Origin: an uncultured Chthonomonadaceae bacterium
GTDB lineage: Bacteria > Armatimonadota > Chthonomonadetes > Chthonomonadales > Chthonomonadaceae
Direction of reading: 5' to 3'
DNA: 64,000 nucleotides
Assembly (NCBI GenBank): GCA_963835065.1
Contig: CAWIEK010000049.1
Coordinates: 352,001-416,000, forward strand
Shown: piece after piece, positions 1 through 10,541 of the stretch
Layout: each line of letters opens with the position of its first letter
Position numbering within the stretch: position 1 is the first letter of the stretch
The notes under the pieces: generated by a model
The model's input: only the letters and a program-made list of their open reading frames with translations
What the model was told of the DNA's origin: nothing
Databases searched by the model: none
Position numbers and translations under genes: made by a program

Positions 1-235
1 TTTAGTCTGTGCTAAACTGCCCCTGACTTCATACGTTGCTTGAACCGATGTTGCATATTTCTGACGCCACAGGTATACTACAACCAGAACATTGTGAAAT
101 CGTTCACGAACAATCCGCACCTTTCAGCAAGCGCGATACGTAAACTGAATAAATGCCACAGGAGCGTCGTTCCTGTATCTCTTTCAACTACGAACTCTCA
201 ACTATCAACTCCTTAACCGGCAGGAGGCTGTCATC

Positions 236-1441
236 ATGGCAATACAGGCAATTCAAGAGCAGGCACAACCCAATTTACTGCGCAGGCGCGTGGAACGCTA
301 CATCGGCGCGGACTTGATGGACATTTACGACAAGATCGCGGATGGGGAACGGCTGTCTTACGAAGATGGAGTCCGGCTGTACCATGCGCCCAGTTTGAGC
401 GCGGTGGGCTACCTTGCCAACATCGTCCGCGAACGACTGCACGGCGACCGGGCGTACTACGTCCGCAACCAGCACATCAACTACACCAACATCTGCAACA
501 AGTTCTGCAAGTTCTGCTCCTTTTACGCCAAAAAGGGCGGTCCCGCGCCCTACGAGATGAACATGGACATGGTGCGGCAAAAACTGCTGGCCCACATTGA
601 CGTGCCCATCACTGAAGTTCACATGGTCGGCGGCATTGACCCGCGCCTGCCCTACCAGTACTATCTCGACCTGCTGCATACCGTCAAGGAAGTCCGCCCT
701 AACGTCCATATCAAAGCGTTTACGATGGTGGAACTCGTGGAAATCCAGCGTCAGGCGAAGAAGCCCCTCGAAGACGTGCTGCGCGAATTGCAGGCGGCGG
801 GGCTGGACTCGCTCCCCGGCGGCGGCATCGAAATTCTGTCTGATCGCGTTCATCAGGAACTCTTTGACCGCAAATTGGACGGTGAGGGATGGATGGACGT
901 AGCCCGCTCCGCCGCCAGAGTGGGACTGACGCAGTACGCGACTATGCTTTACGGCCACATCGAAACGCTGGAAGAGCGTGCCGAGCATCTGGTGCGTATC
1001 CGCGCCCTGCAGGATGAGACAAAGCACTTCGTCACCATGACGCCGCTTTCCTTCCACCCCGAAGGCACGGAACTGGAACACATCCCCCACCCCACCGGCA
1101 CAGACGACCTGCGCAACATCGCCGTCTCGCGCCTGATGCTCGATAACTTCGCGCACATCAAATCCTTCTGGATTATGAACACGCCCCAGGTCACGCAGCT
1201 TGCCCTCTGGTACGGCGCGGACGATGTAGATGGAACCGTCCACGAGTACGAAATCACCTACAAGGACGGTGAACGGGGCAACAAATCGCAAGTTCTAACG
1301 CGCAAGCAGATGATCCGCATGATCGAAGAAGCCGGGCGCATCCCTATCGAGCGCGACAGCCTCTACCACGAGGTTCCCCCACAGCCCGAAGAAGCCACCC
1401 ACAAGGAACACACCCTCATTCCCCTGCCCGTTCTCGCCTGA
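236..1441 (+). CDS. mqnE: Radical SAM protein, aminofutalosine synthase MqnE-like (CofH/MqnC/MqnE family)
   Basis: CNKFCKFC radical-SAM motif within NYTNIC; HIKAFT, PGGGIEI, TMLYGHIE and GADDVDGT motifs; GGAGG RBS upstream. Confidence 0.75.
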   Translation: MAIQAIQEQAQPNLLRRRVERYIGADLMDIYDKIADGERLSYEDGVRLYHAPSLSAVGYLANIVRERLHGDRAYYVRNQHINYTNICNKFCKFCSFYAKKGGPAPYEMNMDMVRQKLLAHIDVPITEVHMVGGIDPRLPYQYYLDLLHTVKEVRPNVHIKAFTMVELVEIQRQAKKPLEDVLRELQAAGLDSLPGGGIEILSDRVHQELFDRKLDGEGWMDVARSAARVGLTQYATMLYGHIETLEERAEHLVRIRALQDETKHFVTMTPLSFHPEGTELEHIPHPTGTDDLRNIAVSRLMLDNFAHIKSFWIMNTPQVTQLALWYGADDVDGTVHEYEITYKDGERGNKSQVLTRKQMIRMIEEAGRIPIERDSLYHEVPPQPEEATHKEHTLIPLPVLA

Positions 1442-1453
1442 CCTCCGATAGAA

Positions 1454-1485
1454 AAACAGCACGGTTATTGATGACCGTGCTGTTT
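1454..1485 (+). terminator. Intrinsic terminator-like hairpin after mqnE
   Basis: AAACAGCACGGT-N8-ACCGTGCTGTTT perfect 12-bp stem. Confidence 0.7.
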
Positions 1486-1606
1486 AATATCGTCGCAGGC
1501 TGCTAAAATTACCGCTGATGTTCTCGCAACTCCCTCAAAGTACAGGGTATATGTTCGCCAAAGCGCGTTTGCAGCCGAACGTTGATTCGTTCTCCACTTT
1601 CCAGAT

Positions 1607-2416
1607 TTGCCAACTCTGCCATCAGTTTCGGGCTGCATACAAGGAAAGTTCATTATGAATTGTGTCAGAACTGAATCCAATACGCTGAGGCGACAACAGA
1701 GCCGTCAGGTTATCTTCTTTGCTTTGGTGATCTTCCGCCTTACGTGGGTAAACGCGCCTACCGCCAGCGGGATGCCTCAAGAAGCTATCGGCAAACAGCC
1801 TGCATCAGCGGATGCCCCGCAAGCAATCCTCATGGACTGCGCAAAGAAGGATGTCACTGTGTCTCTTGTCACTACGAACACGAGGAAGGCTCCAAGACCT
1901 CAGCACATCGAACTCACATACAAAGGCAAGGCGTATCCCGTACATTCCCTGGCTCAGATGAAAGGCTATGTGGATGTGAAAAACAGCAGTCAGGCACTAA
2001 GCCTTGTGCGGCTAAGAACTTGCTTAGCGCTAAGGCAGGCTTGGGCTGAGGCGGGACAGATGGTTGAAATCATCAAAACAAGCGAAATCACCACGCTGCC
2101 TGACTATCATTTGCCGGGATATGCTGAGTTTCTTCGGAATACGTTGCCACAGGAGATAAAATCCGGCAGTGTCGGGATACTCTCCTCCGAAGCGTACAAA
2201 GCGGGGAGATTTACCCCGGCCAGTGTACGGAAAGTAGAAAACGGCTTTTTGGTGACACGCTGGGTTTTGCTTCGCAACGATAGCGGGCATGATCTGCGGC
2301 TACAGAAGATTCAGGAACACGTAGGTGTGGACGGAACCTATAAAAGAAACGTGTTACTGCAGCAGCATCCGCCAAACTTGCCTGCGACCACATGGGTGAT
2401 GCCTGGCTTCCGGTAG
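1607..2416 (+). CDS. Hypothetical exported protein (possible orphan immunity-type gene); start uncertain
   Basis: 269-aa ORF with N-terminal hydrophobic stretch (VIFFALVIFRLTWV); no family recognised. Confidence 0.5.
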   Translation: MPTLPSVSGCIQGKFIMNCVRTESNTLRRQQSRQVIFFALVIFRLTWVNAPTASGMPQEAIGKQPASADAPQAILMDCAKKDVTVSLVTTNTRKAPRPQHIELTYKGKAYPVHSLAQMKGYVDVKNSSQALSLVRLRTCLALRQAWAEAGQMVEIIKTSEITTLPDYHLPGYAEFLRNTLPQEIKSGSVGILSSEAYKAGRFTPASVRKVENGFLVTRWVLLRNDSGHDLRLQKIQEHVGVDGTYKRNVLLQQHPPNLPATTWVMPGFR

Positions 2417-2490
2417 AATATTTAGCCATTCCTTGTTTATCATGCAGCGAGCGGGCACTTTTCAGCAGGTATTGTTAAGAGGATGTAGTT

Positions 2491-2733
2491 ATGCGAATAC
2501 TGGTAAAACTGCTCGTCTTATCGGCTCTATCTTACGGCTTAGGGACAGGAGCAGTGGCTATGCAGTCCCAAGCGTCTCATCTTGTCTATGCCAATTCTCT
2601 TGGCGCCTCTAACCACTTCAAATACTTTGTTGCTGTAAATTCGGATGGAACCTACCTTGCTTCGCGTGACGTCAATGATTCGACAATAATCATCTGGAAC
2701 TTAAGAAGTATGTTCTGCCTAATAACGCAGTAG
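2491..2733 (+). pseudogene. Truncated exported WD40-repeat protein
   Basis: Signal-peptide-like N-terminus followed by one WD40-like repeat (VAVNSDGTYLAS...TIIIWN) and an early stop. Confidence 0.45.
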
Positions 2734-2748
2734 GGGCAGTATTTATCC

Positions 2749-3588
2749 ATGAATTGGCACACTGTTGTGGAGTGGCGCATGAATATCCTAATACGCAAAA
2801 CACGTATCCGAGTTGCAACGACCTGGCAGCGTGCTGCATCGCCTACGCGGCAAAGCAGAAACGTTTTATCTAAGAATGCGCGCTTCGCACAGGTTGCCTT
2901 GTTGCTTCTGCTGATCGAAGCAATTATCTTGGCGCTTCCGGCGTCTACACAGCGGAAGGTGAAGGTAAGGCCTGCCGTGTTGCCCGCCACGCTGCTCCAA
3001 CTGGACAGCAAAGCGACTTTCATCGTCTTCAAGGCGCAAGGGCATCGCTGGAAGCGAGACGTGAGCCTGGCGGTCCTCCTCAAAGACGGAAAGCGTACGT
3101 CAGCCACGTCGTTCCATCCAGGTGAGCCAATCGTACTGCTTTCCACTTTTGACCATTTTGACCTCATTGACACAGTCGCCGACAGGTCCTCTTACGCCGC
3201 CTTTTGCCATGACCTGGCTTTTCAGGGCCTCGTGCAGAGTTGGCAGCCCGGTCACTCCTTGCTTCTCTCGGGTGCCAGCGTCTACAAGGGCCGGGAAGAA
3301 ATTCAAGCGGCTTCTCAACATACCGAATACCACGTTCAGATACGACCCGAAACGCAGTTCTGGTTGAATAAGGAAGTGAGAACTCATGCTTATGCCCGGA
3401 AGTTTCTGGCTGTCGGAACGAAGTTGTTTGTCGCTGTGCGTTGGAGGGACTACAAATATACCGATTTCCTTCCGGCCCACGCTGTCTTTGATGAGCGAAC
3501 CTGGCAGGCTTATGCGCGTTCAGAGCTGAGAACGGCAACAGACCTCTTCCTGCCGCGTACTCCGCAATCTAAAAGGACGAAAGATTAG
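2749..3588 (+). CDS. Hypothetical membrane-anchored protein
   Basis: 279-aa ORF with hydrophobic segment VALLLLLIEAIILAL; start uncertain. Confidence 0.5.
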   Translation: MNWHTVVEWRMNILIRKTRIRVATTWQRAASPTRQSRNVLSKNARFAQVALLLLLIEAIILALPASTQRKVKVRPAVLPATLLQLDSKATFIVFKAQGHRWKRDVSLAVLLKDGKRTSATSFHPGEPIVLLSTFDHFDLIDTVADRSSYAAFCHDLAFQGLVQSWQPGHSLLLSGASVYKGREEIQAASQHTEYHVQIRPETQFWLNKEVRTHAYARKFLAVGTKLFVAVRWRDYKYTDFLPAHAVFDERTWQAYARSELRTATDLFLPRTPQSKRTKD

Positions 3589-3612
3589 CCGCACGAGATA
3601 CGCTCTGATAAC

Positions 3613-3714
3613 GCCTGCAATAACGACGGGCTGAGACGCAGCGCGTTCAAGGCGGGCAGGGTTCTGGCGACATTTGTGTGGGATGGCGATGACTACCTGA
3701 TGGAGAAAAGCTGA
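3613..3714 (+). pseudogene. 3' remnant of an Rhs/YD-repeat body gene (…DGLRRSAFKAGRVLATFVWDGDDYLMEKS*)
   Basis: YD-repeat-like DGLR and WDG..L.E motifs, TGA at 3712-3714, 1 nt before the next ATG; near-copy at 6949-7041. Confidence 0.7.
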
Positions 3715-3715
3715 T

Positions 3716-4600
3716 ATGGGAACGGTCCGCTACACAGTTATAGACGGCGAAGTGATTGCCGAAAAGCGCAACGGCGTCAGAAAGCTGTACGTGCCCGACC
3801 CGCTCGGCTCGACGGTCGCGTTGCTGGACAACACGCAGGCGCAGACAGATACCTTCTCCTACTGGCCTTACGGCGAGGATGCGGGCAGAACCGGAACTAC
3901 GCCTACTCCCTTCCGGCACGTGGGAACACTCGGTTACTACTATGATAGCAGCACGAGAAGCTACGTGCGGGCCCGCGAAGTTGATAAGCAGAAGGGGCGA
4001 TGGCTGACACAAGACCCTATCGGGTTTAAAGGAGGGGACTGGAACATCTATCGCTATGCCAGGTTGATTCCAACAACTCTGATCGATCCTAGCGGATTAG
4101 ACGTTTTCATGTGTTGTGCCAAAGTTGCAGGAGTGAATGGACATTGCTTCATTTCCACAAACAAGTGTGGAGCTTACGGATTTCATCCAAATGGAGGTAA
4201 GAACTGCGGTGCTGTTGTTGGCCTTAGCGGTGGAATGGTCACTGCTGATGATAGTTATTTGCTATGGGATCCCAAGTATCCTGTCCCACCGAATCTGAAG
4301 TACTTAATAGATGATCCCAAATGGCATGGTCATTATTTGCCGGGGAAAGGGGATGAGGTGAGATGCACAAAATTGCCAAACATGGCACAACATGAGCAAG
4401 ATTTATGTTCATGTATGGAAAACTCTGCTAAGAACCCTCCAACCTTCAGTTGTTTCAACACCTGCCAAAATTGGGTCAAATCAATGCTAGATTGTGCCTG
4501 CTCAAAAAGCGGGTTTCAAATATACGAAGGAGCGGTTAGCGGCTGCTTTGACGGCACTCTTCTTTGGAAACGAGGCGGAGCACCTGACAACGTGTTCTAA
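3716..4600 (+). CDS. Short Rhs-core protein 1 with Cys-rich C-terminal domain (permuted papain-like amidase candidate)
   Basis: DPLGST, YWPYGE, GRWLTQDPIG, N.YRY and DPSG motifs; C-terminal domain has HCFI..YGF and a later NTCQNWV. Confidence 0.85.
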   Translation: MGTVRYTVIDGEVIAEKRNGVRKLYVPDPLGSTVALLDNTQAQTDTFSYWPYGEDAGRTGTTPTPFRHVGTLGYYYDSSTRSYVRAREVDKQKGRWLTQDPIGFKGGDWNIYRYARLIPTTLIDPSGLDVFMCCAKVAGVNGHCFISTNKCGAYGFHPNGGKNCGAVVGLSGGMVTADDSYLLWDPKYPVPPNLKYLIDDPKWHGHYLPGKGDEVRCTKLPNMAQHEQDLCSCMENSAKNPPTFSCFNTCQNWVKSMLDCACSKSGFQIYEGAVSGCFDGTLLWKRGGAPDNVF

Positions 4601-4627
4601 ACACGGCATTGGCATAAAATATATTAC

Positions 4628-4915
4628 ATGAATAATATAATAAAAAAATTAATATTTTTTTTAATTATAGCAATTTTATCTAGCGTTGTTATGTTGAGAT
4701 TAGCTTGTAAGTTCATTGTCACGTCGTTTTATCGCCCTATTGACGTAGAAGTTGCCATCCGAACCGGAAATATAACCTATCTACAGGACTATCTCTCGAT
4801 GGGTGGAAATCCAAATATTAAGACTGTAGGGGGGAATAGTCTTCTGCACTTAGCAAAACAATGTCACCAGATAAAAAGTGAGTACCTCCTCAAACAAGCA
4901 GGGGCACAAGAGTAA
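4628..4915 (+). CDS. Small membrane-anchored ankyrin-repeat protein, putative immunity
   Basis: N-terminal TM; GGNPNIKTVGGNSLLHLA ankyrin motif; directly follows Rhs gene 1. Confidence 0.7.
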   Translation: MNNIIKKLIFFLIIAILSSVVMLRLACKFIVTSFYRPIDVEVAIRTGNITYLQDYLSMGGNPNIKTVGGNSLLHLAKQCHQIKSEYLLKQAGAQE

Positions 4916-5309
4916 GCAATACCGTAGTTATGGCCTTGTGCTAGTGAGAACGCCGTCGAGATAGGATTTTCGATCCACAAATGCTTGTTTTTGCGAAACC
5001 GGCCTAAAATGATATAGGCATCCTAACTAGCACAAGGCTCTAAGTGGCCGGACGTAATCCACTCGTGGTTTTCCAATGTGTAGAATCTACGAGTGAACTC
5101 TGAGCACCCACTTAGTAGTCCGTCAAGGTAGGACGTAGAAATGGAAATCACGATACAGAACTGGCTCCAAGCCTCAATTCTATCCTTAGATTCTATCGTT
5201 TTGGAGTGCCAGCAGCACAATCATAATTCTAACAACAACTTTGCAGTATGTTATTTTAATATTATTCAATATATATTACTTGAATTTAATATAATGGAGC
5301 ATTGTAGAC

Positions 5310-6107
5310 ATGGCAATGAAAACGCGCTATACAGTCATAGACGGCGAAGTCATCGCAGAAAAACGTAACGGGGTACGACGGGAGTACGTCCCCGATCCAC
5401 TCGGCTCAACAGTAGCTCTGCTAGACAACACGCAGACACAGACCGACACATTCAGATACTGGCCCTATGGAGAGGTCGCCAGCAGAACCGGCACTACGCC
5501 CACGCCATTTCAGTTCGTGGGGACACTTGGTTATTATCGTGACAGTTCGAGCCGAACCTATATCCGTGCACGATATCTAACTCCCCAAACGGGAAGATGG
5601 TTGACGGAGGACCCTCTCTTCTTTGAAGGCGGTGACTACAACTGTTACAGATACGTCACCAACCAACCAACCTATCTAACGGATGCCACAGGCAAATACA
5701 TTACAATTGGTTGTAATGACCAACAAAGGAAACAGATTCGAAAGAACATGGATTACCTTTGTGAGCGTTTGAAGCATCTTTCATTGTTGCCTAGAAACTT
5801 CCCAGGTCTCGCCTGTCTAAAATCACGATGTGGCCTTGCTAGCGGAGGACACGGCGGAGTTATTAGATGTTTGAGGCGTGGTGACCCGGATTGCGGTCCT
5901 AATGATTGTGCGTTCACATGGGCACAAACACCTAAGCAAGGAATAAACCTTTGCGCGATAGCTTGGAACCCGCAACGGTGCGGATGCCTTGGTTCTACGA
6001 TTGTCCATGAATTTGTCCACTCATGTATTGGTGATCCCTCTGAGCAACACACTTATGAGTGTGAAGATATTCTCTACGGACCGAATAAACCTCCTTGTCC
6101 ATCTTAA
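5310..6107 (+). CDS. Short Rhs-core protein 2 with HExxH zinc-metallopeptidase-like C-terminal domain
   Basis: Rhs core motifs, DATG boundary, TIVHEFVH...E in the Cys-rich C-terminal domain. Confidence 0.85.
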   Translation: MAMKTRYTVIDGEVIAEKRNGVRREYVPDPLGSTVALLDNTQTQTDTFRYWPYGEVASRTGTTPTPFQFVGTLGYYRDSSSRTYIRARYLTPQTGRWLTEDPLFFEGGDYNCYRYVTNQPTYLTDATGKYITIGCNDQQRKQIRKNMDYLCERLKHLSLLPRNFPGLACLKSRCGLASGGHGGVIRCLRRGDPDCGPNDCAFTWAQTPKQGINLCAIAWNPQRCGCLGSTIVHEFVHSCIGDPSEQHTYECEDILYGPNKPPCPS

Positions 6108-6235
6108 TTAATGTACGCGACTAGCGAGAAGCGGACCTGATGCCAATGGGCTGGATAAAAAATGTAGAAAGGAAAATGCAGCCACTGCCTTCATCCAATC
6201 GGAAAACGAGGGTTTGTTGCTGCACCGAAATAGCC

Positions 6236-6736
6236 ATGAAAGCCATACGATTGATATGCCCATCATGCCTTCTAGTTGCAACTTTGTGCTGTAACTCACT
6301 TAGCCAGAACCATGGAACCCAAACACCCTCACTAACATCCATCCAAGACAATGTGCGAGAATGCGTATTCCGCTATCAAATCGCGAATTTCGGGATTTCA
6401 GATAGAGACTACAGTAAGCACTTTTTTGTGGGTAATGGTTTTGAGGCAAAGGATGATCCTTCGCCAGAAATAGTCTCGAATCTCCAGTCAAGCACCTACA
6501 GCGTTAAAGGAATTTCACAATGTAAAAGTTCGACAGGAGGCGTAATAGACGCGAAAACGAAAGAGAGAGGTCTGCTGTTTGTGGTGACGAAAATAAAATC
6601 CATTTCGGCTAAACAATTTCAGGTAAACGCACGTTTCTTTAAGAGCGGAAAGTCTGGTAACGCCGCACTTTATACTGTAAATAGCCTCAATGGTAGATGG
6701 AAGGTTGTAAAGTGCAAAATACTTGCTTTGTACTAA
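6236..6736 (+). CDS. Hypothetical exported protein, putative immunity to Rhs 2
   Basis: Signal-like N-terminus MKAIRLICPSCLLVATLCC; position after the toxin gene. Confidence 0.55.
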   Translation: MKAIRLICPSCLLVATLCCNSLSQNHGTQTPSLTSIQDNVRECVFRYQIANFGISDRDYSKHFFVGNGFEAKDDPSPEIVSNLQSSTYSVKGISQCKSSTGGVIDAKTKERGLLFVVTKIKSISAKQFQVNARFFKSGKSGNAALYTVNSLNGRWKVVKCKILALY

Positions 6737-6831
6737 TGCAACTACAATCCTGTGAAGATCAAGGCTTAGGCCATTTCGTAGGTAGGACTTGCCATGAATC
6801 AAACAGGCGTTAATTTCAATCGTATGTTTCT

Positions 6832-6954
6832 TTGCTACATTCTCCATGATGATGTTTTTATATTGCCACTTCTGCAGAATAGGTACTCTTCCAGAAAGCG
6901 GGCTAGGTGTTCGCCTTCATCAGCCGCGTTCCCTGGCACGACCAGCCCGGTGAC
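6832..6954 (+). pseudogene. Degenerate copy of the 5' end of the glycosyltransferase gene at 14850
   Basis: TGCTACATTCTCCATGATGAT (CYILHDD) and TGTTCGCCTTCATCAGCCGCGTTCCCTGGCACGACCAGCCCGGTGAC closely match 14868-14984. Confidence 0.8.
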
Positions 6955-7041
6955 GGGCTGAGACGCAGCGCGTTCGAGGCAGGCGGCGTGTTGACCACCA
7001 TGATTTGGGATGGCGACGACTATCTGATGGAGAAAAGCTGA
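6949..7041 (+). pseudogene. 3' remnant of an Rhs body gene (GDGLRRSAFEAGGVLTTMIWDGDDYLMEKS*)
   Basis: Homologous to 3613-3714; ends TGA-T-ATG. Confidence 0.75.
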
Positions 7042-7042
7042 T

Positions 7043-7939
7043 ATGGGAACGGTCCGCTACACAGTTATAGACGGCGAAGTGATTGCCGAAAAGCGCAACG
7101 GCGTCAGAAAGCTGTACGTGCCCGATCCGCTCGGCTCGACGGTGGCTCTGCTGGACAACACGCAGGCGCAAACCGACACGTTCAGCTACTGGCCGTATGG
7201 CGAAGATGCGGGCAGAACCGGAAGTACGCCCACGCCCTTCCAATACGTGGGCACGGCTGGATACTACCGAGACAGCAGCATCAGGGACTATGTACGAACC
7301 AGAACTTTAAGCACGCTACAGGGCAGATGGATCACCGAGGACCCCATTGGCTACATCGGTGGAGATTGGAACTTCTTTCGATACGTCATGGATAGTCCGA
7401 TGTCGGGAGCCGATGTGAGTGGTATGTCTAAGGATTACAAGCCGCCGTGGCTAAATCCGAGATCGCAAACCGGTCGTAAAACACGAGCCTGTCTGCACAA
7501 TGCAATATCCGAATTTTCTAAAAAATATCCCTCGTGCATGAAGGCATTCAACAGTAAATTTCCCAATCAATCTCTGTACAAGATGATGCTATGCATTATG
7601 GCCTGTGAGAACTCTGATCCTCCGAGTTCCACCAACCCCTTCAAGCCAGACCGGGGACATAAAATTGGAGACCCCGAAACGGGAATAGGTCCCTGCCGCC
7701 TAAATCCAGGGGACAAAAATAGGAATAAAAAGTACAATGACAGGGAGTATCCAAAATGGGACAAGAACTATTGTCAGAACATTCGAGCTGGCTTGGATCT
7801 GATGTGCAAGTGGGTGCAAGGAAAGCTGGATGAACCGCAAAAGGACGGCACAGTAATTATTATGCCGTCTCCATGGAACGTGATGACGGATGGTTATCCT
7901 TGCTACAGCCAGTGCATGGCCGACAAATCCGTATCGTGA
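7043..7939 (+). CDS. Short Rhs-core protein 3 with SLT/lysozyme-like C-terminal domain
   Basis: Rhs core motifs, DVSG boundary; C-terminal IMACENS, GIGPCRL and QNIRAGLDLM resemble SLT motifs I-III. Confidence 0.8.
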   Translation: MGTVRYTVIDGEVIAEKRNGVRKLYVPDPLGSTVALLDNTQAQTDTFSYWPYGEDAGRTGSTPTPFQYVGTAGYYRDSSIRDYVRTRTLSTLQGRWITEDPIGYIGGDWNFFRYVMDSPMSGADVSGMSKDYKPPWLNPRSQTGRKTRACLHNAISEFSKKYPSCMKAFNSKFPNQSLYKMMLCIMACENSDPPSSTNPFKPDRGHKIGDPETGIGPCRLNPGDKNRNKKYNDREYPKWDKNYCQNIRAGLDLMCKWVQGKLDEPQKDGTVIIMPSPWNVMTDGYPCYSQCMADKSVS

Positions 7940-8175
7940 AAAACGATTGTACCAAACAGTACAAATGTAATTTGTCGCTCAAGCTTGTTCGAGGATATTT
8001 CAAGATCTTGCGAAATAACAGGCTCTTGTGAAAGGTTTAACAGACGATTTTAGCATTTTGACAAAATTATCTTGGAGCACTTGCGTAACATGCTTGATTG
8101 CATAAGCGAGCGAGCTTAAGTAACAAGTTGGATGCACTAAAATTAGTACTCAATATCATTTGAAAGTATTCGACA

Positions 8176-9270
8176 TTGCTTATATGTAACCGGACATTAA
8201 AAAGACTGGGTATTGCTTTCACCGCTTGTATGATTACCGTATGTGCGATCCTTCCCCATGAAAAGTTATTGTTGCTCCAATCCCGCAAGATCGTTGCTGT
8301 ACCCGGCTGGGACGGTGCATATCGTCAATTGGCTTGGTCCTCTGACACCAACGTGTGGCTGGAGGGCAACGAGAACTTCTCTGGGGGAAACATTTCTCTA
8401 TTCGTCTATAACACGCGCACAGGTATTCAGAAGCCTCATGCAGTTTGGCAGAAACGCCTTCAGCAACGTCAGGATAAGTATAACACCTTCTGGATATCGC
8501 CCGATGGGGTTTGGCTGCTCTGCACCGATTACTACAAAGCTGCTATCAGCGCGACTACTGCCAGTGGCACTCCGTCGGTCTGCTGGCACAGCGCGTTGTG
8601 GGATAGCAAGAACAAAGGCCCACTCACCCGTTACCTCGGCTGGCACGGCATTCACTGGTTTCCCGATAGTCGGCACTGGGTGCAATCCGTGTTCAATCCC
8701 ACAAACGGCCAGGCAAGCTATCTTGCCGTTCGTGACGTAGGTTCACCGACTACTCTCTTGCATGTTCCTATTCCGGTCGCCTGTCAACCGCTCTTCACAG
8801 CAGAAGATTATGATACGGTGTACCTGTCATCCATGCTCCTTGTACAGGAGCAGTTCCCTTCTATTCTTTATCGTGATGCGTCTGTGCATGTAGTGACCGT
8901 GTATGAAGCTGACCTAGCCCTGGCGACGCCTCCTCGTAAGCATCGGATTACGCTTCCAGCAGAGTGGCAGGTGCAGCAGATACAACTCTCGCCGCAGGCA
9001 AGCCAACTTGCCTGGGTGGTACATACCCGGTGGGTGCTGCCGATTGTCCTCCTCATGCAGCGGATGCACATACCCGTGAATATTGCGTCCACCGAAGTAA
9101 CCTCGTTGTATATCAGTGACTTGGAGGGGCAGAATTTCCGAGAGATTGGTCATGTTCCTACGCCTCCCGAACCGAACCAGGATATAAAAGTGAAATGGAT
9201 GCCGGAGGGGAAGCAGATTAGTTTTGTGTACAAGAATGTATTGTACGCCTGCTTCGCGGGAAACCATTAA
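8176..9270 (+). CDS. Membrane-anchored TolB/WD40-like beta-propeller protein, putative immunity; paralogue of 12876-13922
   Basis: N-terminal TM; SPDG.WL, WFPDSRH, LSP, WMPEGKQISFVY motifs. Confidence 0.7.
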   Translation: MLICNRTLKRLGIAFTACMITVCAILPHEKLLLLQSRKIVAVPGWDGAYRQLAWSSDTNVWLEGNENFSGGNISLFVYNTRTGIQKPHAVWQKRLQQRQDKYNTFWISPDGVWLLCTDYYKAAISATTASGTPSVCWHSALWDSKNKGPLTRYLGWHGIHWFPDSRHWVQSVFNPTNGQASYLAVRDVGSPTTLLHVPIPVACQPLFTAEDYDTVYLSSMLLVQEQFPSILYRDASVHVVTVYEADLALATPPRKHRITLPAEWQVQQIQLSPQASQLAWVVHTRWVLPIVLLMQRMHIPVNIASTEVTSLYISDLEGQNFREIGHVPTPPEPNQDIKVKWMPEGKQISFVYKNVLYACFAGNH

Positions 9271-9354
9271 CATCATTTGTCTGACTATCCTTTCATAGAT
9301 GCGTTTAGCTAATACGTGGTCTAGCCAAGCATCTTCATTATAGGAACCTTAGTT

Positions 9355-10250
9355 ATGGGAACAGTCCGCTACACGGTCATAGATGGCGAAGTCATTGCCG
9401 AGAAGCGCAACGGCGTCAGGAAGCTCTACGTGCCCGACCCGCTTGGCTCCACGGTGGCTCTGCTGGACAACACGCAGGCGCAGACCGACACGTTCAGCTA
9501 CTGGCCTTACGGAGAGGACGCGGGCAGAACCGGAGCCACGCCAACGCCGTTCCGCTATGTGGGTCAGCTAGGCTACTATCAAGACGGTGCCAATAGAAGT
9601 TACGTACGATCACGCTATCTCAAACAGGGGACAGGCCTATGGTTGACTTAAGATCCTCTTGGATTAGGATCAGGAGACAGTAATTTCTATCGTTATATCT
9701 TCAACGATCCCATTAGCTCAACAGATCGAACGGGCTTAAGACCAGCACGTGAAGGCATTGACGTGTGTGGATCGGATCCCAAGCATAATGATCCAGGTAT
9801 CCGAAAGCCAATTGGTCCGTGTCGTGATGGCGGAACTGCTGTTTGTGTTACATGTTATGAGACAACTGCAAAAGGCGGAAATGGCATCGCACATCCGGAT
9901 GCTCCAGGCTGTGGTTGTCACCCTCGCACTCCGCGTCTAGGCGATTGCTCCATTACTCAACTCCTGGTCATCTTAAACAATGTAATCCAGGTAATGAGAT
10001 TATCTTTTCCGATTTGATGAATGGGAACTCTATGGGTGGAAAGTTACCCGGTGGAAGATGCAAAGCATGTGACGGCGGACAATATCATAGCGGCATTGAT
10101 GTGTTTGTAGGTGGGACAAAAGCACAGTGCGACAAAGCGTTCAAAAACCTTGGCTTTGCACACGGCACAAATTGGTACTGTGTCCAATGTATTGATGTAA
10201 AGTACATTGCCAATCCGCCACTTCAAACTCCACTGCCTCGAAGCACGTAA
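9355..10250 (+). pseudogene. Short Rhs-core protein 4 with 3D-domain-like C-terminus, disrupted
   Basis: In-frame TAA at 9649-9651 in WLT*DPLG (Q or E in paralogues) and a frameshift near 9955; C-terminal domain similar to that of Rhs 5. Confidence 0.8.
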
Positions 10251-10541
10251 TCTCTGTAGGGATTAGGTGGTTGTTGCTTAAAGTCATGCTTCCCCAATCT
10301 CATAGGAGTTTCTCTGCGATGGCAGGAACTGTGTCATCGAATTTTTTAATGGCAGAAAATTTGACATCTAAGGATTGCGAATGAGATTGAAGCATTATTG
10401 TGAGCAAACGCCGCGTAAGTCATAGCCTGTATATCAGAGAAGGAGTATCACTTTGGCGACATATTCTTTACATCCAATGGTTGTTTACTCTTCAATGACC
10501 GATGATGCTCTGAAATCGGGAGTGAGAAGTTCAAGGACAGT

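Noticed and set aside
3712..3718. TGA-T-ATG junction as a sequencing frameshift
   Set aside because: Identical at three separate loci (3712, 7039, 11851) and has an RBS; programmed recoding is not fully excluded
5240..9310. Further faint GT 5' remnants near 5245 and 9277
   Set aside because: Similarity is too weak to support by eye
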